Assembly: GCA_963727525.1 (NCBI GenBank)
Contig: CAVSGO010000007.1
Location: forward strand, 1-64,000
DNA from: an uncultured bacterium
Lineage (GTDB): Bacteria; Krumholzibacteriota; Krumholzibacteriia; LZORAL124-64-63
DNA length: 64,000 nt
Direction: 5' to 3'
Of the stretch, positions 32,217 to 42,254 are shown in pieces. The position numbers were made by a program, and so were the translations under genes. Position 1 is the stretch's first letter. Every line of letters starts with the position of its first letter. Below the pieces are notes generated by a model that ran no database searches, had not been told where the DNA came from, and worked only from the letters and a program-made list of their open reading frames with translations.

Positions 32217-33215
32217 GCTCCGAATCGCGCGGATTGCCGTGCTGAGGTTCGTGGTTCCAGAAGGTGAATGTACTGCCGCGGTCAAGGTCGTCCCGACCGC
32301 CGGCCGAGAGCCGCGGGGAGTCCAGTAGCGAAGGAATGCGGCACTGGATCTCGCCCGTATTGGACTCGCTGCTTGCCTGGCGCCGCCGTCTCCCGCCGCG
32401 ACGACGGACCCTCGGCCCGGCGGGTGGAAGCCGCGGGGAGCGCCGGTAAACTGAAAATCGCGGGGGAATGTCTCGCCTCTATCGGACCATTCGCGCAAGT
32501 GTTAGCTTGAAGCAGCTCCCGCCGGCGAAATACCGCGCCGGTTTGATCATGGCGGAGGAGCTGGGTATGTTGGCGAAACTGCTCTACGTCCGAACCAAGA
32601 GTGCTTGAGAACGACCTAATTGCGATAGTTTTCGCATGAACGACGGGAGTAGATGGTGAAGCGAGGGCACCACGTCTATGGAAGCCGCGTAAAGTCGGAC
32701 TCTAGGAAGTACATCTGGGCTGTCGGGGGTTTCGTCGTGGCGTCTGTATTTTGGCCTGCAGTTAACTACTTTCAACAACAGAAGAACGTTTCAGCAAACA
32801 ATATTCAATTGATACTTAGTCTCCAGGCACGAAAGATCGAAGTACTGGCTCAAATTAGCGAATTGTCGGATGACTACAGTCGCATTGCCGGCACAGATGG
32901 CGCATATGGCGATCCTGTGTTTACGAAGCGGATAGAAGAACTTGGGAATCGCCTGAAGCTCGAAAAGAAACTCTACCGTTCAACTGAACGCTATTTAGCG
33001 GCCATTGCGTATTCCGATGCAAACCGGCCACCCATTCCGATCGATGCCGGCCACCGATTCCGACGGAAGCCGGCCACCCATTCCGATCGATGCCGGCCGC
33101 CAATTCCGACGCAAACCGGCCACCTGTTGAGGTGACCACCGGCGGTCAGTGACGCGGGGCAACTCAGCCGGTACCGTGCTCGCTTTCTCGATTGACCCAG
33201 AGGAAGGAGTCCGCG

Positions 33216-34799
33216 GTGCCGCAGAAGAGGTTGTCCATGCGCAAGATCAAAGAAGTCTTGAGGTTAAAGTATGGCTGCGGGCTGAGCGATCGTGCGATCG
33301 CCCGCAGCTGCAGCATCGCTCGCAGCACCGTGGCCGAGTACCTGCGGCGTACCGAGGGGGCCGGCCTCACCTGGCCGGTACCCGACGACGTCGACGAGGC
33401 GACGCTCGAGGCTCTGCTGTTTCCGCCGCCACCGGCGATCTCGGCCGATCAGCGTCCCCTGCCGAACTGGCGCGACGTGCACCTGGACCTGAAACGGCAT
33501 AAGGGTGTGACCCGGTTCCTGCTCTGGCAGGAGTACAAGGCGGGGTATCTCGACGGCTACCAGTACAGCCGCTTCTGCGAGCTGTACGATCAGTGGTGCG
33601 GCCGCCAGGACCTGGTGATGCGCCAGACCCACCGGGCGGGCGAGAAACTGTTCATCGACTACGCGGGCCAGACCGTGCCGATCGTCGACCGCGGGACCGG
33701 CGAGATGCGTGAGGCTGAGATCTTCGTCGCCGTACTCGGGGCCAGCAACTACACCTACTGCGAGGCGACGTGGACACAGTCCCTGCCGGACTGGATCGGC
33801 TCCCACGTGCGCGCGTTTCGCTTTCTTGGCTCCGTGCCTGAGGTCCTCGTGCCGGACAATCTGAAGGCCGGCGTCACCAGTCCTCACCTCTACGAGCCGG
33901 ACCTGAATCCGACGTACCAGGAGATGGCCGACCACTACCAGGTGGCGGTGATGCCGGCCCGGGTGCGCCGGCCAAAAGATAAGGCCAAGGCCGAGGCGGG
34001 CGTGCTGCTGGTCACGCGGTGGATCCTGGCGCGGCTGCGCCACCGGACCTTCTTCTCGCTCGCGGAGCTGAACGAGGCGATCGGCGAGCTGCTCGTGGAG
34101 CTGAACGAGCGGCCATTCCAGAAGCTCGAGGGCAGCCGGCGCAGCCTGTTCGAGGAGTTGGACCGACCGGCGCTGCGGCCGTTGCCAGAGGCGCCGTACG
34201 AGTACGCCGAGTGGTGTCAGGCCAAGGTGAACATCGACTACCACGTGGACGTCGCCCGGCACTACTACTCGGTGCCTCACGAGTTGGTCGGTGAGCGCTG
34301 CGAGGTGCGCCTGACCGACGCCACGGTGGAGGTCTTTTATCGCAGCCGGCGAGTGGCCAGCCATCGGCGCAGCCGGCGCCGGGGCGGCCACACGACCGTG
34401 CGTGCACACATGCCGGAGTCGCACCGCCAGCACGCGGAGTGGACACCCGAACGCCTGGTCCGCTGGGCGAGTGAGTCCGGTGAGGCCGTCGCCGAGGTGG
34501 CGCGGCAGATCCTCGATCGGCGCCCGTTGCCTCAGCAGGGATTCCGCTCCTGTCTGGGCGTGATCCGTCTCGGCGAGCGCTACGGTCACGATCGCCTCGA
34601 GGCCGCCTGCCGTCGCGCTCTCGCGACCGGGGCGTGCAGCTACCGCAGCCTCGAGTCGATCCTCAAGAGCGGCCTGGACCAGAAGCCGCTGCCGCAGCCG
34701 GATGCGCCACCACCGCCGATCACGCACGGCAATATCCGCGGTGCTGACTACTACGCGCCCGAACTGCCGCTGCTCGAGGAAGGAGGCCGGCCATGCTGA
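33216..34799 (+). CDS. istA: IS21 transposase
   Basis: FIDYAG, VPDNLK, PKDKAKAE. Confidence 0.95.
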   Translation: MPQKRLSMRKIKEVLRLKYGCGLSDRAIARSCSIARSTVAEYLRRTEGAGLTWPVPDDVDEATLEALLFPPPPAISADQRPLPNWRDVHLDLKRHKGVTRFLLWQEYKAGYLDGYQYSRFCELYDQWCGRQDLVMRQTHRAGEKLFIDYAGQTVPIVDRGTGEMREAEIFVAVLGASNYTYCEATWTQSLPDWIGSHVRAFRFLGSVPEVLVPDNLKAGVTSPHLYEPDLNPTYQEMADHYQVAVMPARVRRPKDKAKAEAGVLLVTRWILARLRHRTFFSLAELNEAIGELLVELNERPFQKLEGSRRSLFEELDRPALRPLPEAPYEYAEWCQAKVNIDYHVDVARHYYSVPHELVGERCEVRLTDATVEVFYRSRRVASHRRSRRRGGHTTVRAHMPESHRQHAEWTPERLVRWASESGEAVAEVARQILDRRPLPQQGFRSCLGVIRLGERYGHDRLEAACRRALATGACSYRSLESILKSGLDQKPLPQPDAPPPPITHGNIRGADYYAPELPLLEEGGRPC

Positions 34800-35551
34800 C
34801 CAACCCGACGGTGGAGAAGCTGCGCGAGATGAAGCTCGCTGGCATGGCCGATGCCCTGGTCGAACAGCTGAGCGACCCGGACACCACGGCGCTGTGTTTC
34901 GAGGATCGGCTCGGCCTCTTGGTCGATCGCGAGCAGACCGCGCGGGCGAACCGTCAGCTGAAGACGCGATTGACCCAGGCCAGGCTGCGGATGTCTGCCT
35001 GCGTCGAGGACATCGACTACCGCAGCCGGCGCGGCTTAAGCAAGACGGTGATCCGAGGTCTGACCGATGGCCGCTGGCTCGCCGAGTACCTCAACGTGCT
35101 GATCACCGGGCCGACAGGCGTCGGCAAGACGTACCTCGCCTGTGCCTTGGCCCAGCAAGCTTGCCGCCGGGGCCGGCGGGCGCTGTACCTGCGGCTGCCG
35201 CGGCTGTGCCATAGTCTGGAGATCGCTCGAGCTGACGGCAGCTACCACGACCAGCTGGCCAAGCTCGCGCGGCAGGACTTGCTGGTGCTCGACGACTGGG
35301 GCCTGGCGCCGCTGTCGCCAGCCGGCCGCCGGGACCTGCTGGAAATCCTCGACGACCGCTACCAGCGGCGGTCGACCCTGATCACCAGCCAACTGCCCGT
35401 CGCGAAGTGGCACGAGTATCTGGACGACCCGACGCTGGCCGACGCGATCCTCGACCGCGTGATCCACAATGCCCACCGGATCGAGCTGAGCGGCGACTCG
35501 CTGAGAAAGAAGAAGGGAGAATCGTTGACGACGACGAACGAGGCAGGTTAG
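34793..35551 (+). CDS. istB: IS21 AAA+ helper ATPase
   Basis: GPTGVGKT, LLVLDDWG, ADAILDR. Confidence 0.95.
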   Translation: MLTNPTVEKLREMKLAGMADALVEQLSDPDTTALCFEDRLGLLVDREQTARANRQLKTRLTQARLRMSACVEDIDYRSRRGLSKTVIRGLTDGRWLAEYLNVLITGPTGVGKTYLACALAQQACRRGRRALYLRLPRLCHSLEIARADGSYHDQLAKLARQDLLVLDDWGLAPLSPAGRRDLLEILDDRYQRRSTLITSQLPVAKWHEYLDDPTLADAILDRVIHNAHRIELSGDSLRKKKGESLTTTNEAG

Positions 35552-36062
35552 AAGTAAACTCCCGCGTCACTGCGCTCCGGCAGGTGGCCGGAACGCTTCG
35601 GAATGAGCGGCCGCTTTGCTCTGGATTAGGCGGCCGGCATGCGTCGGATCAGGTGGCCGGCATCGCTTGGATTCGGTGGCCGTTTTCGTCGGAATACGCA
35701 GCCATCGAGAAAAGAGATGAAGAGCCTCCGCTACAACTTGAATTCCGGCAGTTGGGTATACCGGGCGCGCCTAGTCATCTGCAGTGGCGCTAGCTGCGTC
35801 ATAGATATGGAGAACGACGCAGGATTGCGGCGAGTGCCGGTTGCACCACTTGGCTCTTGAATGCAGCGGTCGAAAGCCGCGGGGAGTCCAGTTGCGAGGG
35901 AGTGCGGAGTGGGGCTTTGATCCTTCGTTGGACTGCTTGTGTCAGCGGCTGGCAGAAATAGCGAACAGCCCTTGGCGGGTAGCTTTCTTCAGGCTTGCCG
36001 ACGGGACATCTCCAGCCTGTGCCCCCGGGACTTTTGATATAGGTGCTTACGGCTGTGTGTGG

Positions 36063-37535
36063 CTATGTACCCAGTGAGAGGTCGCGCTTACCGCGGTTAC
36101 ATTCGCGACATAGCGTCCATAGGTTGTCTTCGACCGTCCTCCCCCAAGCGGATACGGCAGTCTTGTGGTCGACCTCGAGGTGAATACCTGAGTCTTCGGC
36201 CGCCGACCGTCCGCATAACTGGCAGCGGAAACTATCCCGTTTCATGATCAAAAACCGCAGGCCAGCGGTCAACTTCGAACGCTCCGTAGCCATCCACTCG
36301 ATTGTCGGTTTCTCGTGAGATGATACGTTCTTTGGAGACTTGCCGGGCGCAGGCGGGGCGGGTGACTGTGTGGCAGAATGGGCGGCAATGACGTCTCTGC
36401 CATATGCGAGGCTCTGCTTTATACTGATGACGACACCCGGCTCAGAGACAAAGCAATCTGTGTCTTCGCTTCGCGGTGGTCTCCCGGTTCCCTTCGTGTA
36501 GCCGGATACCCAAGTCTTTCCGAAAACCACATTCCCGGCAGGGTCATGCCCACACACGGATTTGTCCTGATAGCTTCGCCAGTGTCCCGCAACTGCATAG
36601 CTGTAAGGAGGGGGAGTCCAGGATCTAGTACTTGGGCGGATCTCAACATGCGGACGAATGATGCGGACGCTTTTTATGACTCGAAACTTCGGCGCGTGAT
36701 TTCGTGAGACGCGCTTTCTGGACCGCTTGCGCGGACGATCAGACTTGCTTGTCGAAATCGAAACCGGCTCGTCGGCTACAAGATCATACATAAAATCGAT
36801 ATATGACGGAAGATAAAGGCCAAGACGTGCAAGTTCAAACAAACCGCCAAAACGATCGTGATTCTCCGCGCCGGTTTCCCGTACGTTTTCGATTATTTGC
36901 GGTGATGGCGTGGCAGGTCGGTAAAGATGCGCTTGCATTTCATCGAGTAAGTAATCTGTGTAGACCCCGCTCATAATAAAGCGCCATTCCGTTTCTCCGG
37001 GATCCGGTCCAAGAATCGTGTATCGATCCCACTCCACAAGAGGCGCCGACTCAATTTCCGGATCACGGGAGGACCGCGACTCAGGCATAGCCGCAAAAGT
37101 TATAGTCGTAGCGAGCAGGCAGGCCGGAAGGTCACCGAAATTCTGAAACCTCATAGTAACGGAAACGAACGGGCCAGACCTAGCAAGGGCGGCGTCTATG
37201 ATACCGAGACCGCCACTGAACCAGGGAAGTGAAATAAGCGGTTCGGACAAGGGCAGCGTCAAGGACTGATAAAACGCTGCATGACCGTCTGAAAACAGCG
37301 AGAGGGTTGGTGGGGCAGGTAAACTCGAGGTTGCGTAGTCGAGGAAATCTTCGAAGTCGAGACGCAAATAATCCCGCTGCGTGGATAACCTACGAATAGT
37401 CGGACTAGGTACTAGGCACCCTAACACCGGAGCTAATAGAGGCTTAACGCCTCGATTCTTTCCCCTCACTATGGGGAATATCTCGTCGAAGAGATCGGCG
37501 ACCACAGCTTCGAGCTGATGGATGAAGTCGGTCAC
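36063..37535 (-). CDS. HNH endonuclease with a large uncharacterised N-terminal region
   Basis: RDSFRCQLCG...LEVDHK...NLWTLCRECNRGK. Confidence 0.8.
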   Translation of the reverse strand: MTDFIHQLEAVVADLFDEIFPIVRGKNRGVKPLLAPVLGCLVPSPTIRRLSTQRDYLRLDFEDFLDYATSSLPAPPTLSLFSDGHAAFYQSLTLPLSEPLISLPWFSGGLGIIDAALARSGPFVSVTMRFQNFGDLPACLLATTITFAAMPESRSSRDPEIESAPLVEWDRYTILGPDPGETEWRFIMSGVYTDYLLDEMQAHLYRPATPSPQIIENVRETGAENHDRFGGLFELARLGLYLPSYIDFMYDLVADEPVSISTSKSDRPRKRSRKRVSRNHAPKFRVIKSVRIIRPHVEIRPSTRSWTPPPYSYAVAGHWRSYQDKSVCGHDPAGNVVFGKTWVSGYTKGTGRPPRSEDTDCFVSEPGVVISIKQSLAYGRDVIAAHSATQSPAPPAPGKSPKNVSSHEKPTIEWMATERSKLTAGLRFLIMKRDSFRCQLCGRSAAEDSGIHLEVDHKTAVSAWGRTVEDNLWTLCRECNRGKRDLSLGT

Positions 37536-37770
37536 AACGCTACCTCAGTCGATTACACCATCACTCGATCAGCGGCTTCGTGTATTGTATAATGCCGGCG
37601 TGGCGTCTCGGTGTCCACAACGTACTGGTTGGCCGGCGAACCGGAGCGTCCAGATAGGAGCTATAGTCCCTGGGATGCTGCTCGTATCGGACAAACCGGT
37701 CAGATAGCAACCCCGTCTCCCGCCCGCGGACCGACTCTCGCCCCGGCGGCCGGCCGTAGCCAGTCGTGTC

Positions 37771-38250
37771 CTATTCCGAGCCAAGGTCCATTGGGATCGC
37801 ATATGTGTGGCCGAATTTGGGAGCGACCTGGTCCAAACGGTGAATGAATTCATCCCACGTCTGGCACAAACGCATGACGAATACCACGCCGCCTAGGTGT
37901 TCGCGGAGCTTGGGGTGCCCAATGTCTGCCGTCAGACGTCGGTGGTAGTGAGTCTTGAGTGCACCCCTGCTGTTGCGGGGCGTAATACGGCGCAGTTCTT
38001 CAAGGACGCCAGGCGCAAGCCGCGAATAGACAACTTCGTTCGTTAGCTTCCCAACCTGCCATGGCTTGCTGACGCCCTTGTCAGGCGGGTACTCCCATCC
38101 CTTCAGACGGTACATATGGCGGTAGAAGTCGTCTGGGAAAGTCTTTACCCACGGCCGGATCTCGTCCGCTATAAATCTCTCCAGAATGACGGCCAGAGCA
38201 TTCCTGGCGCGCTCATCTTGATAGCCGGTTGCTTCGTCAACCAAGGCCAC
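37771..38250 (-). pseudogene. P63C-domain protein, probably N-terminally truncated
   Basis: ALVDEATGYQ..R...L..ILERFIA.EIRPWVKTFP..FY, VYSRLAPGVL.EL. Confidence 0.7.
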
Positions 38251-38411
38251 CTCTTCTTGCTGTATTTAAATATGTTACACAAGTTCGCGGCCCCAATAAG
38301 AGCACCGGATGCAGCTACACCATTGGGTCGCGGCAATCATGTAGGGGGTATGTGCAACGAGATCACCCTGGGCGGCATTGGAGCGGGGAGGGCCAGAAGC
38401 CTATCGCGTTC

Positions 38412-38560
38412 TCATTCCCGGTTCAGCATCTTCCGGCGTTCCTTCGGGTCGTCGAACGAGACCGCCATCGGGTCGAACTCCTCGGGGGCGTGCGAACCGC
38501 CGCACCACTTCAGATAAGAGTCGTGTTCCTTGTGTTTGGAAGTGTGGATCGCCTTCAGCG
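38412..38560 (-). pseudogene. C-terminal remnant of a pRiA4b ORF-3-like protein
   Basis: Manual translation KHKEHDSYLKWCGGSHAPEEFDPMAVSFDDPKERRKM. Confidence 0.45.
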
Positions 38561-38587
38561 CTTCCTGTTATTCGCATCACGTCCGCC

Positions 38588-39142
38588 TTATTCCTCGCCT
38601 ATCTTTTTTTCCAGGTTGAGCGACGATAGAGCAAGTTGGAGATCATCGAAGTTGCACACCCATTGTGTTCCATCGGCCAACCTAACTCGCGCAACATAGG
38701 TGACTGTTGTTAGCAGTTCCGCCGCATCATTATCTCGCGCCCGCCATTCGCCACTAATGGTCGCAGGCCCGGTCGAAAAGTCCTTCGGCTCCGTGTTCGC
38801 GAGGTTCTGCATATGTTTCCCAAATACATCGTAAAGCGCGGTCCGCACCTGTATAGCCGTAATCGGCTGCTGTGCGATCAATTCGGTCTTGCCGCTTATG
38901 CGAAATCCGCGGTCTTTGTAGATGAAAGAACTCGTATGGCTGACAATCTGCACCGGACAACTGGCCTCATTGAACAGCACGCTTTCGCGCTGCATTGACG
39001 AGCCTTCATTGATATCCACCCCAGAAATCTTGAATGAAAATGGGCCATCCGGTTGCCTCGAGATATTGTAGTCGCCCGCGTATACCGGGCCGGCGATAGC
39101 GGCTACGAAAGCGATCACTGCGACGCACAATTCCTTATTCAT
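38588..39142 (-). CDS. Secreted hypothetical protein
   Basis: Signal peptide and RBS; ALYDVFG...VARVRLADGTQW. Confidence 0.65.
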   Translation of the reverse strand: MNKELCVAVIAFVAAIAGPVYAGDYNISRQPDGPFSFKISGVDINEGSSMQRESVLFNEASCPVQIVSHTSSFIYKDRGFRISGKTELIAQQPITAIQVRTALYDVFGKHMQNLANTEPKDFSTGPATISGEWRARDNDAAELLTTVTYVARVRLADGTQWVCNFDDLQLALSSLNLEKKIGEE

Positions 39143-39262
39143 CCTGAGCCCCTCTGTAAGTATAACGCCTACGGCGAGCAGCTGGTGGGCCTAACGCAAC
39201 GCCTGCGCGTGCGGACGAGGTGACGGACCGATCCGGCTGCCTCATGGCTAACTAGATAGCCT

Positions 39263-39886
39263 CTACTTCCAACCGCAAGTGGTTTGCAAGGGTTTCACTG
39301 CTTCTGCGAGTCCCCGAATGTCGAATACGGCTGTTACGGGACTTTCGCTATAGGGAGTAACCTGCGCAACTAACTTATCCGCTTTGACTAGGCGGCGTAT
39401 GAGGTCGATCGCACTTGCGGGATAGAAAGTCGCTTGGCTGTCGGTGGAAAGCCCCCACTGGGAAGTCCTAGCCTGTTCCGTCCCTACGCGGTAAGTAACT
39501 TGCGCTTCGCTTCCGAGGTAGTTATTCCAATTTATATAGATTTCTGTCTTGTTGCTCTGGCACCTGAGAACGAGAACGATCGGTTTGCCCCACGTCGACT
39601 GGCCCGTATCTGCCTCGAGCGCCAATACAACAGTTTTTGTGTCGTCGATGGGGTTGACATTTTGCTTAATCTTCCACTTTCCAGACCCAGCGACCGCAAC
39701 TTCAGACGAGGTCGCAACCAGACCTAGTTCGCGAGCGATAGAATCGTAGCATTCCAAGCGTTCGAGGTCCCCGTCTATACCGGCACACTTTGCAATTCGC
39801 GACCGCAACTCGCCTTCCTGTGCAACTGAGTATGTTGGGATTGCGACTACTGTTGCAATTCCAATTAACAGGGTGAGCGCCTTCAT
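39263..39886 (-). CDS. VasI/TagO-like secreted protein (orphan; no T6SS genes in the window)
   Basis: CAGIDGDLERLECYD, GKW, NPIDD, LVLRCQSNKTE. Confidence 0.65.
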   Translation of the reverse strand: MKALTLLIGIATVVAIPTYSVAQEGELRSRIAKCAGIDGDLERLECYDSIARELGLVATSSEVAVAGSGKWKIKQNVNPIDDTKTVVLALEADTGQSTWGKPIVLVLRCQSNKTEIYINWNNYLGSEAQVTYRVGTEQARTSQWGLSTDSQATFYPASAIDLIRRLVKADKLVAQVTPYSESPVTAVFDIRGLAEAVKPLQTTCGWK

Positions 39887-39970
39887 CGTGCCTCCGCTCC
39901 GTTAGCCTAGCTAGAATTATTGATGCCTTGGTATCTCGATACGGAGCCCTGAGTGGCTGGACGGCGCAGG

Positions 39971-42086
39971 CGTATAGGTCAAACAGACCACGTTTTCGGA
40001 ACCCCTCCCCCACATGGCGCCGACTCGCGAGCTCGATTCTACCACACTTTTGCCGCGCCTTCGCATGAGACTCGTCCGTGAACCTCGCGACACGCCCGTT
40101 GTGAGCGGCTCGAGGCGTCATTCCGCGGTGCCAATCGCCAGATTTCGTCCCCGCCGCGCAGACTGCTCCCACCGGCCGACTGTCGGGCCTCGCCCCTTGA
40201 CGATTCCGAAGCTCGGGTTCTCAGTCCGCGTCCGGCAGGCCGGCTGTCTGATCCACCTCGTCCCAGATCACTGGACCGCTCGCCTGCGCGAACTCCAGTT
40301 CTCCTTGCGGCGGTGAGCGCGCCGGCAACGTGGCCGGCGGCTCACTCTCCAGATCGAGGTGATCGAGGATCCGCTTGATCACCACCGGGTCCAGGATGAA
40401 GGACAGGATCGTCATCGGACTACCGCAGCGCGGGCATTGCAAAGGCCGCGCGTCGTAGATGCGAGCCAAGAGCAGCGCCCAGCTACGCGACGCTTTGGGG
40501 CGCGGCTGGGTCGCTTCCGTCATCCCCATCGCAGCCCTGGCGCGCTCGAGCGCGAGCAGCACCGTGCCGGCGGGACCGGCGGTCTGTGTGACCGCCCGGC
40601 GCAGCTTCGCCCCTGGAGCGAAGACCCCACAGTACCGATGGCGGTGCTTGCGTGGTGGGGCGAGCAAGTCGACCACGCGCTCGAGGAACTCCAGCGGGCT
40701 CAGCAGGATCTCCGTGCGGCCGTCTGGTCGTGGTCGGCGCAGGCGGTACACCAGGGTGTCGGCATTGAGGCGGCCCAGGCGGCCGGCGGCCAGGGCCGGT
40801 CGCGCGCAGTAACGCACCAGTCGCTCCAGGCCCTGGCGGTCCCAGTCGGCAAGCCTGACCTCGGCGTGCACGGACCAGCCGCCGCCGTGTTGCCAGGTGC
40901 GCATCTCGCTGGCGGCGGCGGCGTCCAGGTGGCCGTGTTTCACGAGCCAGCGCAGGCCGCGGTGGCGGAGCTGATCGCGGACGCGCGTGATGGCGGCCTC
41001 GTCGAGATGGGTGGCCGGATGGAAGACCGCAGCTTCGGCGTCGTCCTCGTCGGCGCTGAACACCCCGTCGGTCACCAGCACATGGAAGTGGACGTGGCTG
41101 TTGAGAGCGTCGCCGAAGCGGTGGACGAAGAGGATGGCGCCGAACTGGGCGTCCGGTGGCGCACCGGGGCTCGCCCGGCGCACGGCTGCCTGCACCGCCC
41201 GCAGGAAGATCCTCGCCAGGCCGTCGACGACCTCGGGCTTGTGCTTGAGGAACCAGCGCACCCGCTTGGGCATCGAGACCACCCACTGCCGGTATGGGAC
41301 GCGTGGCAACACCTCGTCGACGAGGTGGGCGGCTGTCTCCACCATGCGGCGCGTGCCGCAGGATGGGCACAGGTCACGGACCTTGCAACTGAAGGGCACC
41401 AGGATACTCGTGTTTGCACGATGCGCAGCGCACGCGGGCGAAGCCGTGGGCCGGGATGCCGCAGCGCAGGTACTCGCGCAGGGCGCGCTCGGCGGCCGGG
41501 CGCACCGGGCGCAGGTCGGGATCGCGGGATCGCGCCAGGGCGAGGAACGTCTCCAGGTGCTCGCGCACGGTGCGGTGCATGACCGTCGCGGCGGGCTGGC
41601 GGGGGCGGTAGATGGCGGGGCAGGTGGCGGTGTCGGTGGCGAAGGGCATGGTCGCCTGCCGTCGCCGCGGGGCGTCGGGAGGCGGGTGATGGCGTCAATG
41701 GTGGGAGACGGGAGGGATCGCGCACGGAGCGCGAACGCCGGAGATGCATGTCGCGGGCCTCGCTTCGGCGACAGGGGACGAAAGTCATGTCACGTCGCCG
41801 CTGGTCAGCGACGGTCGATGAGCACCAGCAAGCTGCGGATGTAGTCGCTGCCCACCCAGGTGTGGGGCATGTCGCCGATGAAGTGGGCGGTCTGCGGATT
41901 GTGCCATACCACCTCGGGCCACTGGCGCCAGCCGACGGGGGTGCGGTGGGCGAGAAAGAACGTGAGCGCCTCTCGAGCGCGATCGTCCCAGCCCAGGCCC
42001 GCGAAGGCGCCGATGTTGCGGATCTCGTACGGCGTGAACGCATCCCATGGCGCGCCGTCGCGGCGAGCGGTGAAGAAGTCCCAGTA
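39971..42086 (-). mobile_element. ISCR copy H: near-complete, oriIS subtype 3, includes the captured GH tail (41805-42086)
   Basis: Full transposase span, leader, and upstream segment shared with copy I. Confidence 0.9.
40221..41649 (-). pseudogene. ISCR-type HUH transposase with a +1 frameshift near 41405
   Basis: Zn site CASC...SCK...CPSCG, HUH HVHFHVL, single-Tyr RLVRY; AGGATACTCG versus AGGAACTCG in copy I. Confidence 0.9.
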
Positions 42087-42254
42087 ACGAGTCGATCATC
42101 CTGACGCCGGCAGCCCTCGTATCAGGTTGATAATGATTTCTGGGAATTTTACTAAAGAAAACATCAAAGACAAGAAAACGCGGCCGATCACTCGGGGACA
42201 TGGAGGGTTCATGGCTGAATACCGCAAGGGTGCTACAAGCAGGAGCGCGAGAGC

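Larger units (their letters stand above)
33006..35700 (+). mobile_element. Complete IS21-family element
   Basis: IRs TGCGTATTCCGA / TCGGAATACGCA; 5-bp GCCAT duplication; reiterated subterminal repeats. Confidence 0.95.
32653..35793 (+). pseudogene. Single-TM hypothetical gene split by IS21 (32653-33005 plus 35706-35793)
   Basis: Removing the IS and one GCCAT restores the frame ...RYLAAIEKRDEEPP...QWR*. Confidence 0.7.

Noticed and set aside
33006-33125. Tandem repeats of about 22 bp (TTCCGATCGATGCCGGCC-like), possible CRISPR or iterons
   Set aside because: No unique spacers; mirrored at 35580-35700; these are ordinary IS21 subterminal repeats.
39145-39262. Possible attC between the VasI-like gene and the next secreted gene (GCGTTATAC before the RBS)
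   Set aside because: No convincing RYYYAAC partner or L boxes by eye; needs a covariance-model test.
39263-39886. Type VI secretion system
   Set aside because: Only one VasI/TagO-like gene; no tss core genes in the window.
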